NCBI GenBank assembly: GCA_963805085.1
Contig: CAWDTA010000002.1
Location: 832,001 to 896,000, forward strand
DNA: 64,000 bases
Direction: 5' to 3'
DNA from: an uncultured Veillonellaceae bacterium
GTDB taxonomy: Bacteria; Bacillota; Negativicutes; JARBTT01
Part shown: positions 10,153 to 19,742 of the stretch, in pieces
Layout of the letters: each line of letters opens with the position of its first letter
Position numbering within the stretch: the first letter of the stretch is position 1
Translations under genes and position numbers: made by a program
Notes under the pieces: generated by a model
The model's database searches: none
Told to the model about the DNA's origin: nothing
Seen by the model: only the letters and a program-made list of their open reading frames with translations

Positions 10153-11553
10153 ATGAGAGTAGAGAAGGATTTGTTAGGTGAGAAGAGCCTTAATGAAGAG
10201 AGTTACTATGGTATTCACACAGCACGGGCAATAGAAAATTTTTCGATTAGTGATAAAAAGGTGAATTTAAAATTAGTTCAAGCGATTGCGCTTATTAAAC
10301 AAAGTGCTGCCGAGGTTAATATGGAGCTAGGCTATCTAGAACAAGAAAAAGGAAAGGCTATTATTCAGGCTGCAAAAGAAATGGCACAGGGAAATCTACA
10401 AGAGCATATTCTTGTTGATGCTTTGCAAGGTGGAGCTGGCACATCTACCAATATGAATATCAACGAAGTAATTGCCAATCGAGCCCTGGAGTTAGTAGGG
10501 CATAAGAAAGGTGATTATGACTACATACATCCCATCAATCATGTTAATTTACATCAATCTACCAATGACGTTTATCCTTCGGGATTAAAAATTGCTTGCA
10601 TTTGGGCTACTGAGGAACTAAGTAATGTTTGTGCTAAGTTACAAGAATCGTTGCAAAGAAAAGAAAGTGAATTTGCCCATGTCATTAAAATGGGGCGAAC
10701 ACAATTGCAAGATGCAGTGCCCATTACCTTAGGCCAAGAATTTGGTGCTTATGCGCAAGCTATTTCTCGAGATCGCTGGCGTATCTATAAATGCCAAGAA
10801 CGGTTAAAACAATTGAATCTAGGTGGTACTGCTATTGGTACAGGAATCACAGCCCCGATAAAGTATGTGTTTACAGTCGTAGAGCGATTGAGAGATTTGG
10901 TACATGTAAATATTGGACGAAGTGAAAATATGATTGATAGTACACAAAATGTTGACGTATTTGTAGAAGTATCTGGTTTAATTAAAACCCTTGCAGTAAA
11001 CTTAAATAAGATAGCAAATGATTTACGTTTGTTATCATCAGGACCTACTGGTGGATTTGGTGATATTAACTTACCACCTCGTCAAGCAGGGTCTTCCATT
11101 ATGCCAGGAAAGGTAAATCCAACGATTGCTGAAGCAACAAATCAAGCCTGCTTTCATATTATGGCTGGCGATTTGGCGATTACCTTAGCTGCACAAAATG
11201 GGCAATTGGAATTAAATGCCTTCTTACCACTTATTGCTCATCATTTATTGGAGAATATACAGCTGATGACGCGGACTATTACGATGTTAGACGAACGGTG
11301 TATTCAAGATATTTCGGCCAATGAAGCAGAGGCAAAACGAATTGTGTATCATTCAGCAGCATTAGTCACAGCTTTAGTTCCATATATTGGGTATAGTAAA
11401 GCAACTGAACTGGCAGTCAAGATGAATGAAACTAAGCAGAATATCGAAACGGTTATTTTAGAAAATAATATTATGGATCAGCAAGAACTGGCTGAATTCT
11501 TAGATCCATATCAACTTACAAGACCATATAAAGGTAAAAAAAGGGAGTTATAA
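10153..11553 (+). CDS. aspA: aspartate ammonia-lyase (fumarase/aspartase family)
   Basis: QGGAGTSTNMN, QSTND, GRTQLQDA and GSSIMPGKVNP signatures. Confidence 0.88.
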   Translation: MRVEKDLLGEKSLNEESYYGIHTARAIENFSISDKKVNLKLVQAIALIKQSAAEVNMELGYLEQEKGKAIIQAAKEMAQGNLQEHILVDALQGGAGTSTNMNINEVIANRALELVGHKKGDYDYIHPINHVNLHQSTNDVYPSGLKIACIWATEELSNVCAKLQESLQRKESEFAHVIKMGRTQLQDAVPITLGQEFGAYAQAISRDRWRIYKCQERLKQLNLGGTAIGTGITAPIKYVFTVVERLRDLVHVNIGRSENMIDSTQNVDVFVEVSGLIKTLAVNLNKIANDLRLLSSGPTGGFGDINLPPRQAGSSIMPGKVNPTIAEATNQACFHIMAGDLAITLAAQNGQLELNAFLPLIAHHLLENIQLMTRTITMLDERCIQDISANEAEAKRIVYHSAALVTALVPYIGYSKATELAVKMNETKQNIETVILENNIMDQQELAEFLDPYQLTRPYKGKKREL

Positions 11554-11555
11554 TC

Positions 11556-12782
11556 ATGCAAAGTACACCAAGAGGAAATAGATTGCATATTGGAATATTT
11601 GGCCGTAGAAACGCAGGAAAGTCCAGTTTGATTAATAGCTTAACGAAACAAGAGGCTGCACTCGTATCTCCGATAGCAGGTACGACGACAGATCCGGTTT
11701 ACAAAGCAATGGAAATTTTGCCAATTGGTCCAGTTATGATCATCGATACAGCAGGAATTGACGATTCTGGAACCTTGGGTGAAATGAGAATTGAAAAAAC
11801 AAAAGAAGTTATCACGAAAACGGACGTTGCGATTCTTGTAATGGATGGACAGGAAAAATTTTCTAATTATGAAGAAAGTTTAATTGAAGAATTAAAAAAA
11901 AGAAAAATATCGACGATTTTAGTTTTAAATAAGGAAGATGTTTTGCCAATTTCCGATAAAAAAGTAAAGGAATTAAAAGCAAAATTAAAAATACCAGTTT
12001 TAAAAGTTAGTACAGTAAGTCTCCAGGGGATTGAACCTTTAAAAGAGCAACTGATTAAAAGTGTTCCTGATCATTGGGATGGACAACCTCTAGTTGGTGA
12101 TTTAATCAATGGTGGGGATAGTGTTGTAATGGTTGTACCGATTGACACTGCGGCACCTAAGGGAAGACTTATATTGCCACAGGTGCAAGCGATTCGAGAT
12201 GTATTAGATCATGATGGACACGCATTGGTCGTAAAAGAAAGAGAGTTAAAATCACTTCTTGATAATTTAAAAGAGAAACCTAAACTGGTCATTACTGATT
12301 CACAAGAATTCCTAAAAGTTGAGGCGGATACCCCAAAGGAGATCAAACTTACTTCATTTTCCATTTTAATGGCGCGTCATAAAGGAAATTTGGAAACTTT
12401 AGTTATGGGGGCCAAAGCCGTTGATTCATTAAAACGTGGCGATAAAGTTTTAATTGCTGAAGCCTGTACACATCAATGTCAGTCAGATGATATTGGCCGT
12501 GTAAAAATACCGCGATGGTTACGTCAATATGTAGGTGGCGAGTTAGAGTTCCATTGGGTTAGTGGGAATAGTTTCCCCGTTGACTTGCAGAAGTATAAGT
12601 TGATTATTCATTGTGGTGGCTGTATGATTAATCGTCGTGCGATGCTTCATCGTATGCAAGTTGCCGAAGATCATAAAGTACCGATTGTAAATTATGGAGT
12701 GCTCATTGCAAAGTTACATGGTATTTTGCCGCGAGCGTTAAGTCCATTTCCTTATTTACAAATGCTAATAGAAGAGGAATAA
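11556..12782 (+). CDS. hydF: [FeFe]-hydrogenase maturation GTPase HydF
   Basis: GRRNAGKSS, GTTTD, DTAG, APKGRLILPQ, EACTH and HCGGC motifs. Confidence 0.95.
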   Translation: MQSTPRGNRLHIGIFGRRNAGKSSLINSLTKQEAALVSPIAGTTTDPVYKAMEILPIGPVMIIDTAGIDDSGTLGEMRIEKTKEVITKTDVAILVMDGQEKFSNYEESLIEELKKRKISTILVLNKEDVLPISDKKVKELKAKLKIPVLKVSTVSLQGIEPLKEQLIKSVPDHWDGQPLVGDLINGGDSVVMVVPIDTAAPKGRLILPQVQAIRDVLDHDGHALVVKERELKSLLDNLKEKPKLVITDSQEFLKVEADTPKEIKLTSFSILMARHKGNLETLVMGAKAVDSLKRGDKVLIAEACTHQCQSDDIGRVKIPRWLRQYVGGELEFHWVSGNSFPVDLQKYKLIIHCGGCMINRRAMLHRMQVAEDHKVPIVNYGVLIAKLHGILPRALSPFPYLQMLIEEE

Positions 12783-12800
12783 TATAATAGGAGATATAAT

Positions 12801-13481
12801 ATGAAGGGTGCATTGGTTAACTTTGCAGCAATTCTTGCCGGGTCAATCGTAGGCTTGATTTTAAAAAGAGGGATACCAGAAAAATATAAAGAAACTATAA
12901 TTGATGGATTGGGTTTAGCGGTAATGGTGATTGGTTTTAAAATGGCATTGGTGACGGAAAATATATTGGTGGTCATTGTCAGCATAGCACTAGGGGCTTG
13001 TGTAGGTGAAATTATGGGTATTGATGCTATGTTAAATCGTGTCGGCGCTTTATTGACGGAGAAGTTAGGCGGACGCTACGGTGATGTTGGTAAAGGGTTT
13101 GTGACCGCAACGCTTATTTTTTGTATTGGCGCAATGGCGATCGTTGGTAGTATCCAAGAAGGGTTAACTGGAGATGCTAGCACACTTTATGCAAAGTCAA
13201 TGATTGATGGTATCGCTGCCATTATTTTTACGGCAGCAATGGGAATTGGCGTTGCTTTTTCTGCCGTACCAGTTTTTATGTATCAAGCGACTATTACCGT
13301 TGGGGCGAGTTGTTTTGGTGAACTTCTTTCAAAGGCAGCGATTAATGAACTTACAGCTGTTGGCGGAGTACTGATTATTGCAATTAGTTTCGCAATGCTT
13401 GAGATTAAAAAAATTAGAGTGGCAAATTTATTGCCAGCGATTCCCATAGCAGTATTACTCGTTATTTGGGATATTTTATAA
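12801..13481 (+). CDS. DUF554-family membrane protein
   Basis: FCIGAMAIVGS, KSMIDG and RVANLLPA motifs; multiple TM helices. Confidence 0.85.
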   Translation: MKGALVNFAAILAGSIVGLILKRGIPEKYKETIIDGLGLAVMVIGFKMALVTENILVVIVSIALGACVGEIMGIDAMLNRVGALLTEKLGGRYGDVGKGFVTATLIFCIGAMAIVGSIQEGLTGDASTLYAKSMIDGIAAIIFTAAMGIGVAFSAVPVFMYQATITVGASCFGELLSKAAINELTAVGGVLIIAISFAMLEIKKIRVANLLPAIPIAVLLVIWDIL

Positions 13482-13508
13482 GGATAAGAGTTAAGGAGTT
13501 TTGTAAAA

Positions 13509-14024
13509 ATGGGACAAGGTATAGATTTATCAATTATAGCAACATTTATTACCAATAATATACATTATGTAATCTTGGTAATGACAGTATTATTATTATT
13601 TTCATTGGTAGTATTTGTTAATATCAATATGAAATTATCATACATGAATAAACGTTATAAAAAGTTGATGACTGGTATGGATGGTAGTAATATTGAACGA
13701 ATTCTTATGGCACATATTGATGAAGTGCGAGAACTCGTAAAAAAAGTTGATCAACTAGAAAATGAAAATAAGCGCATGGACACACTGTCGAAAAAAGCAG
13801 TGCAAAAAATAGGCGTTGTTCGTTTTAGTGCCTTTGAAGGGATTGGCAGCGATTTAAGTTATGCAGTGGCCGTTCTTGATTATAATAATAATGGTGTGGT
13901 TTTTTCCAGTATTTTTGGTCGAGAAGATTCTCGTACTTATGCAAAACCAATTATTGATTGCAAGTCTACATATCTGTTAACGGATGAGGAAAAAAGTGCA
14001 ATTGAGCAGGCAATTAAAAAATAA
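13509..14024 (+). CDS. DUF4446-family protein
   Basis: TM helix, coiled coil, GVVRFSAF..GSDLS and RTYAKP motifs; usual position after parB. Confidence 0.8.
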   Translation: MGQGIDLSIIATFITNNIHYVILVMTVLLLFSLVVFVNINMKLSYMNKRYKKLMTGMDGSNIERILMAHIDEVRELVKKVDQLENENKRMDTLSKKAVQKIGVVRFSAFEGIGSDLSYAVAVLDYNNNGVVFSSIFGREDSRTYAKPIIDCKSTYLLTDEEKSAIEQAIKK

Positions 14025-14103
14025 TTCTCTAAAAAAGGAGGATTTTTCATATTTATGGCAAAATAATAAGGTTGATATGATTTAAAAGTTTGGAGGATTT
14101 TGA

Positions 14104-14988
14104 TTGAATAAAAACGCTCAAAAATCAGATAAACGAGAATATACTTTAAAAATTATTCCACATCAAGGCGGAGATGTTCGTAGTCTTAGGTTACCAATGC
14201 GAACCATCAAATATGGTGTGGCAACGATTTGTACAAGTGCAATCTTATTTGTTGGTGCTTTTTGCTATTCTACGTATAATGCAAGTTTGATTCAAAAAGA
14301 CCAAGCTGAATTAGACGAATTGCGGCAAGTAAATAATATACAACAAACACAAATTCTGCAATTAGCTAAGAAAGCGGCTAATTTACAAGAAGATATGAAT
14401 AAATTAGATGAGTTGGAAGGCGAATTGCGGCAATTGACAACGGGGGCTGGGACAGATAAAACTGTTCATGATGGGCAAGGTGGTCCAGGGATTAAGCCAA
14501 ATGTAGAAAATTTAAATGAAACATTGAACAGTTTAGAACAGAATATAAAAATTCGTCGAGCAAACCTAGAAAGTTTAAAGGCGAGTCTTGTAACCCAACA
14601 AGCGAAAATCGCCGTCACCCCGTCCATATGGCCAGCAAATGGCGAAGTTAGTTCTCGCTATGGCTTACGCTGGGGTGGTAGTGACTTCCATCCGGGAATT
14701 GATATTGCAGCAGATACTGGAACTCCAGTTGTGGCAACTGCTGATGGTGTTGTCGTTGAAAGTGGTTGGAATTCTGGTGGGTATGGCAATCTAGTAGAAA
14801 TTGACCATGGTAATGGTATCCACACGCTTTATGGACATAATTCGCAGATCGCTGTAAGTATAGGAACAGCAGTAAAAAAAGGACAGGTTATTGCTTATAT
14901 GGGCAGTACTGGTTTTAGTACAGGACCGCATGTACATTATGAAGTTCGTGTTAATGGTAAAGCAGTTAATCCAGATCGATATTTATAA
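14104..14988 (+). CDS. M23-family peptidoglycan endopeptidase with TM anchor and coiled coil
   Basis: HPGID, YGH and STGPHVH Zn motifs; TTG start with GGAGG SD. Confidence 0.9.
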   Translation: MNKNAQKSDKREYTLKIIPHQGGDVRSLRLPMRTIKYGVATICTSAILFVGAFCYSTYNASLIQKDQAELDELRQVNNIQQTQILQLAKKAANLQEDMNKLDELEGELRQLTTGAGTDKTVHDGQGGPGIKPNVENLNETLNSLEQNIKIRRANLESLKASLVTQQAKIAVTPSIWPANGEVSSRYGLRWGGSDFHPGIDIAADTGTPVVATADGVVVESGWNSGGYGNLVEIDHGNGIHTLYGHNSQIAVSIGTAVKKGQVIAYMGSTGFSTGPHVHYEVRVNGKAVNPDRYL

Positions 14989-15025
14989 TAGTTAATAATA
15001 AATATAGAGGGGCGCGTGCACAGGG

Positions 15026-15418
15026 ATGTTTAGTAGTAAGAAAAAAAGCAGTAGTTTTGGAACAAATGATATTGAAACAATCATTGGAAAGAATACGCAA
15101 TTTAAAGGCGTGCTCAGTGGAGATGGCAATATTCGTGTTGATGGAAATTTAGATGGTGAAATTAGTTCAACAGGTGATGTTGTGATTGGTGATCAAGGGA
15201 ATATTACCGCAACGATAAAGGCCAATAATGTTTTGATATCTGGAGTAGTAAAGGGAAATGTTGTTGCAAATAGCAAACTTGAAATTACATCCGCCGGTAA
15301 ATTATTTGGTGATGTAAAAGCTGCGGTGCTAAGCATTGCTGAAGGCGCGTCATTTAAAGGAAATAGTAACATGGAAGCTACTAAAGTTTTGCCAGAAGAA
15401 GTAAAGAAAGCAAAGTAA
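15026..15418 (+). CDS. bactofilin (polymer-forming cytoskeletal protein)
   Basis: Beta-helical repeats (TIIG..., IRVDG..GEI, VVIG..G.I); N-terminal MFSSKKK. Confidence 0.9.
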   Translation: MFSSKKKSSSFGTNDIETIIGKNTQFKGVLSGDGNIRVDGNLDGEISSTGDVVIGDQGNITATIKANNVLISGVVKGNVVANSKLEITSAGKLFGDVKAAVLSIAEGASFKGNSNMEATKVLPEEVKKAK

Positions 15419-15599
15419 TTCACATTGATATCCATAGCGTCCGACTATGGTATACCAGTTAGAAATAGTGAAGTATGGCAGAGAAAGTTATCTATTCTGC
15501 TTTTTGTCAGCAAAGATAAAAAGGGAATGGCAACATAGAAATAATAGGGTATATTACAAAACTGACACTTGTAATATACCCTATTATTTTTTATATGCT

Positions 15600-16190
15600 T
15601 TAAATGGAAGCTTTTATGGATGGAAGCCTTGAATGTCTCAACGCAAAAGCGATCGCTCGAGCAATGGTATCGGCCATATTCATCACTAAATGAAGACGAG
15701 TGCTTTGCAATACGAGGTGTTCCATGAAACCGCTGACATTGACGATTCCCGTTATGTAAGCATCTCCAACCGGAGGTAAATCTTTTTTGACAGCGGCTCC
15801 AGGCTTTACGGAACCACGCCCAAGTGATAAGTATCCTACATTATCTAAGCGACCTAAGCAAGCATCAATCGCAATGATAAATGGTCTGTGGAATTGACTA
15901 TTGATAATATTCATATAATCAACTAAATTGGTGGCGTGAACCGGTTCTTCTAATGTACCAAAAATCGGTGAGGCAACTTGCAGAAGTTTTAATTTTGTGC
16001 CTGTCAATGGACCAAGTGCGTCTCCGGTAGAACGATCCGTACCGATACAGACAAACACGATATCTCGATGACTGGTCTGTGCTTCATATAGAATCGTTTG
16101 TATCTTTGTAGCAAAATCAAATATAATCGTAGGTGTATGGATTGAAAGTTTTGATTCTAATTTTTGTGGTTTAAAAATATTTGTTAGCAT
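15600..16190 (-). CDS. yyaC: spore protease YyaC (DUF1256)
   Basis: CIGTDRSTGDALGP, PVHATN and IDACLG motifs. Confidence 0.93.
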   Translation of the reverse strand: MLTNIFKPQKLESKLSIHTPTIIFDFATKIQTILYEAQTSHRDIVFVCIGTDRSTGDALGPLTGTKLKLLQVASPIFGTLEEPVHATNLVDYMNIINSQFHRPFIIAIDACLGRLDNVGYLSLGRGSVKPGAAVKKDLPPVGDAYITGIVNVSGFMEHLVLQSTRLHLVMNMADTIARAIAFALRHSRLPSIKASI

Positions 16191-16221
16191 AGTGTACTCC
16201 TGTCTTTTATTTGAACACTAT

Positions 16222-16252
16222 CATTATGTCCGAAGGTACTACTGGTTTATGC
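16222..16252 (-). promoter_or_regulatory. sigmaF/G-like forespore promoter of yyaC
   Basis: Minus strand GCATA-N16-GGACATAATG. Confidence 0.5.
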
Positions 16253-16595
16253 AGAAAATAGGAAGGAACATAACTTTTACAAGAAATTAAGAATTTATAC
16301 TAGTAAAAACAAAAAAATACAAGGCGAATAAGAAAAAAACGAAAAAATAAAATTTATAATGTATTCTTGTATACCGCAAAACAATGCAGTACAAAATTTC
16401 TAAGAATCTAAGTAAGATGTATCGGTTTATGCCTGTTATGGTTATCGTTAAGAAGACTTAATTAACAAATTTGAAATAGATGTTATTGCGTATAAAAAAA
16501 CAATAATTGCATAAATATTCAATTAAAACCGACGATTTCTGCAGAAAAGTGCTAAAAATAAGGATTATTATGCAGGTTGATTTTAAATATATGTA

Positions 16596-16624
16596 TTGAC
16601 AGTATTAGTATTCGTTTTTATAAT
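16596..16624 (+). promoter_or_regulatory. consensus sigmaA promoter about 380 nt upstream of the glutamate synthase genes
   Basis: TTGACA-N17-TATAAT. Confidence 0.8.
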
Positions 16625-17004
16625 TAATATACGTTACAGGTTTAGCGTATTGTAAAAAAACAAATGTCTCTACAAAATGGAAAAAACAGCAACCGATAGA
16701 GCAATTAAGAAGAAATGTGACGATAGATATTGTGATATCGTCATATTTAGTTTGAATTCAATAATAAATAATGGCGTTTATTTATTGATCTTTATATTAA
16801 TGTGGTTTATAAATTAGCCATGCGACAGTGAATCTTAATAAGGGTAGCTGTAGCAAGGTTTTTTTATTAGTTAAATAAAGTTGATGAATGGATAGAAAAG
16901 AGATCATTGTAACAATCATTATTTAGGTAAGTATCATTATCTAAGAGTATTTACCTAAGTTGATTTTTCATTTGTGTATTTGATATGGAGGAGAGGGAAA
17001 AAGT

Positions 17005-18111
17005 ATGTGCAGAATTGGATCAATCAAAAGTAAAGTACCAGTTCACCCATCAAAAGCTTTGCATTTAATGCTACCACAACAAGAGGGACATGATAATTCA
17101 GGCTTCGCTATGGTTATGCAAGATTTGTATGGAGTTTTTACTGAGTATAAAGATAAGCCGCTACTATCCTTAGCGTGTACGCAACGTGGTGCGCAATTAG
17201 TAGAAGATTATATGGACAGTCATAACTTTGTTCAATTGGCTGAATGGATTCCAAAACCAAATAAACAGCAAGGGCTGGATATTAAAGCAATGCCTTACTA
17301 CATTTTCCGTAATTATGATTATCCTGAACAATATAATGATAAAACCCAAGAAGAACGAGAAGAACTGATGCTCGATACTCGTCTTGCGCTTCGTAAAATA
17401 TTAGAGGAAACAAATGAAGGTTACGTATATTCCTTCTGGCCTGATGTTTTAACGTTAAAAGAGATTGGCGATCCTCGCGATATTGCAACTTATTTCAGAC
17501 TTTGGGATGACAGCGGTATGCTTGTTGCAAAAAGTATCGTAACGCAATGTCGTCAAAATACAAACTATGATATTGTGCGTTATGCAGCTCACCCGTTTTT
17601 TATCCAAGGCTATACCTTATGTGCAAATGGTGAGAATACGTTCTATACAAAAAATATGGAGTATCAAAAGTCACTCCATCGTGGCTATACTGGTTTTGAG
17701 TCAGATTCTCAAAACTTTATCTATACACTTCATTACGTACTTCGCCAATTGAAATGGCCAATTCAATATTATAAGCATGTTATCACGCCACTTTCTTTTG
17801 CTGAAGCTGAACAGCGGGAAGATAAGAAAGTTCTTAGTGTAATTCGTCAATCGTTAGGTCATTTAGAAATCAATGGCCCCAATACGATTATTGCTGTACT
17901 GCCAAGCGGGGATATGATCACTTGTTGTGATTCTAAAAAACTTCGCCCTGTTGTTGTTGGTGGTGATGATATGACAATCGCAATTTCATCTGAAGTATGT
18001 GGTTTAAATGCTATTTTACCGAATCGTGATATGTCGAAAGATATTTATCCAAATGAACGGGAAGTTGTTGTAATCAATAATGATTTGGAGGTGCAAAGAT
18101 GGAAACAGTAA
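17005..18111 (+). CDS. class II (Ntn) glutamine amidotransferase subunit of a split glutamate synthase
   Basis: N-terminal nucleophile MCRIG; AHPF, NGE, SDS and LRP motifs. Confidence 0.8.
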   Translation: MCRIGSIKSKVPVHPSKALHLMLPQQEGHDNSGFAMVMQDLYGVFTEYKDKPLLSLACTQRGAQLVEDYMDSHNFVQLAEWIPKPNKQQGLDIKAMPYYIFRNYDYPEQYNDKTQEEREELMLDTRLALRKILEETNEGYVYSFWPDVLTLKEIGDPRDIATYFRLWDDSGMLVAKSIVTQCRQNTNYDIVRYAAHPFFIQGYTLCANGENTFYTKNMEYQKSLHRGYTGFESDSQNFIYTLHYVLRQLKWPIQYYKHVITPLSFAEAEQREDKKVLSVIRQSLGHLEINGPNTIIAVLPSGDMITCCDSKKLRPVVVGGDDMTIAISSEVCGLNAILPNRDMSKDIYPNEREVVVINNDLEVQRWKQ

Positions 18112-19730
18112 GAACGCAAGACATTAGTGTCAATGATCTTAAATGGAAAATAGAATATTACGCAGAACGCTGTACAATGTGTGGTAGTTGCGTAGCGACT
18201 TGTACGAAAAATGCAATCGAAGCGTGTATATCGCATCGTTCTGTTACCGTTTCTAATGCGCATCAGCCAGAACCAGTAAAAGAACATAAAGCGATTCCCG
18301 TAATCAAGCAAGTAGCGAATATTGCAAATGCTTGCGTTGGTTGTGGTATGTGCGAAAAGGTCTGTCCAAATCATGCGATTAAAGCAGTGCGTAATATCGA
18401 CAATCGCTTCAATTTATTGGCACGTGATCATGGTCCGATTAAACGTGGTGGGCGGACGAATTTAAATGCACAACGTACGCTTGATAACATTATCGTTGGG
18501 CGTATATCGCAGATGACTGACCCGGCACTTGATTCAGAACGTCATACCTTCGATATTCGTGCACCATTTGGTAGAGTACTCCTTCCAAGGGAGTTACCAT
18601 TGATATCAGAAAATGGGCAGTTAACCTTAACGGGTAAAATACCACCAGTCAATTGGATTTATCCACTTATCTTTAGTGATATGTCTATTGGTGCATTATC
18701 AACAAGAGCATGGGAAGCCGTTTCTCTAGCAACTGCTTATTTAAATGAAAAACATAATTTGCCAATTCGTATGTGCTCTGGTGAGGGCGGTATGCCGGTG
18801 AAATTACTAGAATCAGAAAAATTGAAATATATGATTTTACAAATTGCATCCGGTCATTTTGGTTGGAATAGAATTATCAAAGCAATGCCACGGATGAAAG
18901 TGGATCCTGCTGGTATATTGATTAAAATTGGTCAAGGGGCGAAGCCTGGTGATGGCGGGCTCTTGCCAGCAGCAAAAGTTGCGGAACATGTGCAAGCGAT
19001 TCGTGGTGTACCAAAGGCGACTCTAAGCTCACCACCAAATCATCAAGGCTTGTATTCGATTGAAGAATCTGTACAGAAAATGCATTTATCCTTAAATGCA
19101 GCCTTCGGTTTTAGAGTGCCAGTTGCAATTAAATGTGCAGCTTCGGCGACTTCCGTATCCGTATATAACAATTTACTTCGTGATCCGTATAAAATTTGCG
19201 GTGGCTTTTTTATTGATGGGATCCAAGGTGGTACAGGGGCGGCCAATGAAGTTTCGTTAGATCATACTGGACACCCAATTGTATCAAAACTACGCGAATG
19301 TTATTTAGCAGCGGTGAAACAAGGTTTACAAGGTCAAATCCCTCTTTGGGCAGGTGGCGGCATGGGCTTAACTGGCAATGCCGCAGCAGATGCCTTTAAA
19401 ATGATTTGTTTAGGGGCAAACGGTGTTTTTGTGGGTAAAATTCTTATTCAGCTACTTGGTTGTATTGGGAATGAAAATGGTCGTTGCAATGCTTGTTCTA
19501 CTGGTAAATGTCCAACGGGTATTTGTACACAAGATCCTCGTTTGGTAAAACGTTTGGATATCGATAAAGGTGCACAAAATATCGTTGATTATATCTTAGC
19601 GTTAGACAGCGAAATGCGTAAATTAATGGCGCCAATCGGTAACAGTTCACTTCCAGTCGGTCGTTCTGATGCATTGGTAACAACTGATAAAGCGATTGCT
19701 GATAAACTTGGAATACAATATGTATGTTAG
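18099..19730 (+). CDS. FMN-binding glutamate synthase subunit with N-terminal 2x[4Fe-4S] ferredoxin domain
   Basis: Two CxxCxxCxxxC motifs; MSIGALS, SGEGG, KIGQGAKPGDGG, GGTGAA and C..C....CPTGICTQ. Confidence 0.85.
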   Translation: METVRTQDISVNDLKWKIEYYAERCTMCGSCVATCTKNAIEACISHRSVTVSNAHQPEPVKEHKAIPVIKQVANIANACVGCGMCEKVCPNHAIKAVRNIDNRFNLLARDHGPIKRGGRTNLNAQRTLDNIIVGRISQMTDPALDSERHTFDIRAPFGRVLLPRELPLISENGQLTLTGKIPPVNWIYPLIFSDMSIGALSTRAWEAVSLATAYLNEKHNLPIRMCSGEGGMPVKLLESEKLKYMILQIASGHFGWNRIIKAMPRMKVDPAGILIKIGQGAKPGDGGLLPAAKVAEHVQAIRGVPKATLSSPPNHQGLYSIEESVQKMHLSLNAAFGFRVPVAIKCAASATSVSVYNNLLRDPYKICGGFFIDGIQGGTGAANEVSLDHTGHPIVSKLRECYLAAVKQGLQGQIPLWAGGGMGLTGNAAADAFKMICLGANGVFVGKILIQLLGCIGNENGRCNACSTGKCPTGICTQDPRLVKRLDIDKGAQNIVDYILALDSEMRKLMAPIGNSSLPVGRSDALVTTDKAIADKLGIQYVC

Positions 19731-19742
19731 GAGGGAAGCTAC

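Noticed and set aside
14037-14064. sigmaH-like promoter before the M23 gene
   Set aside because: The -10 reads AAAT rather than GAAT; too weak to call
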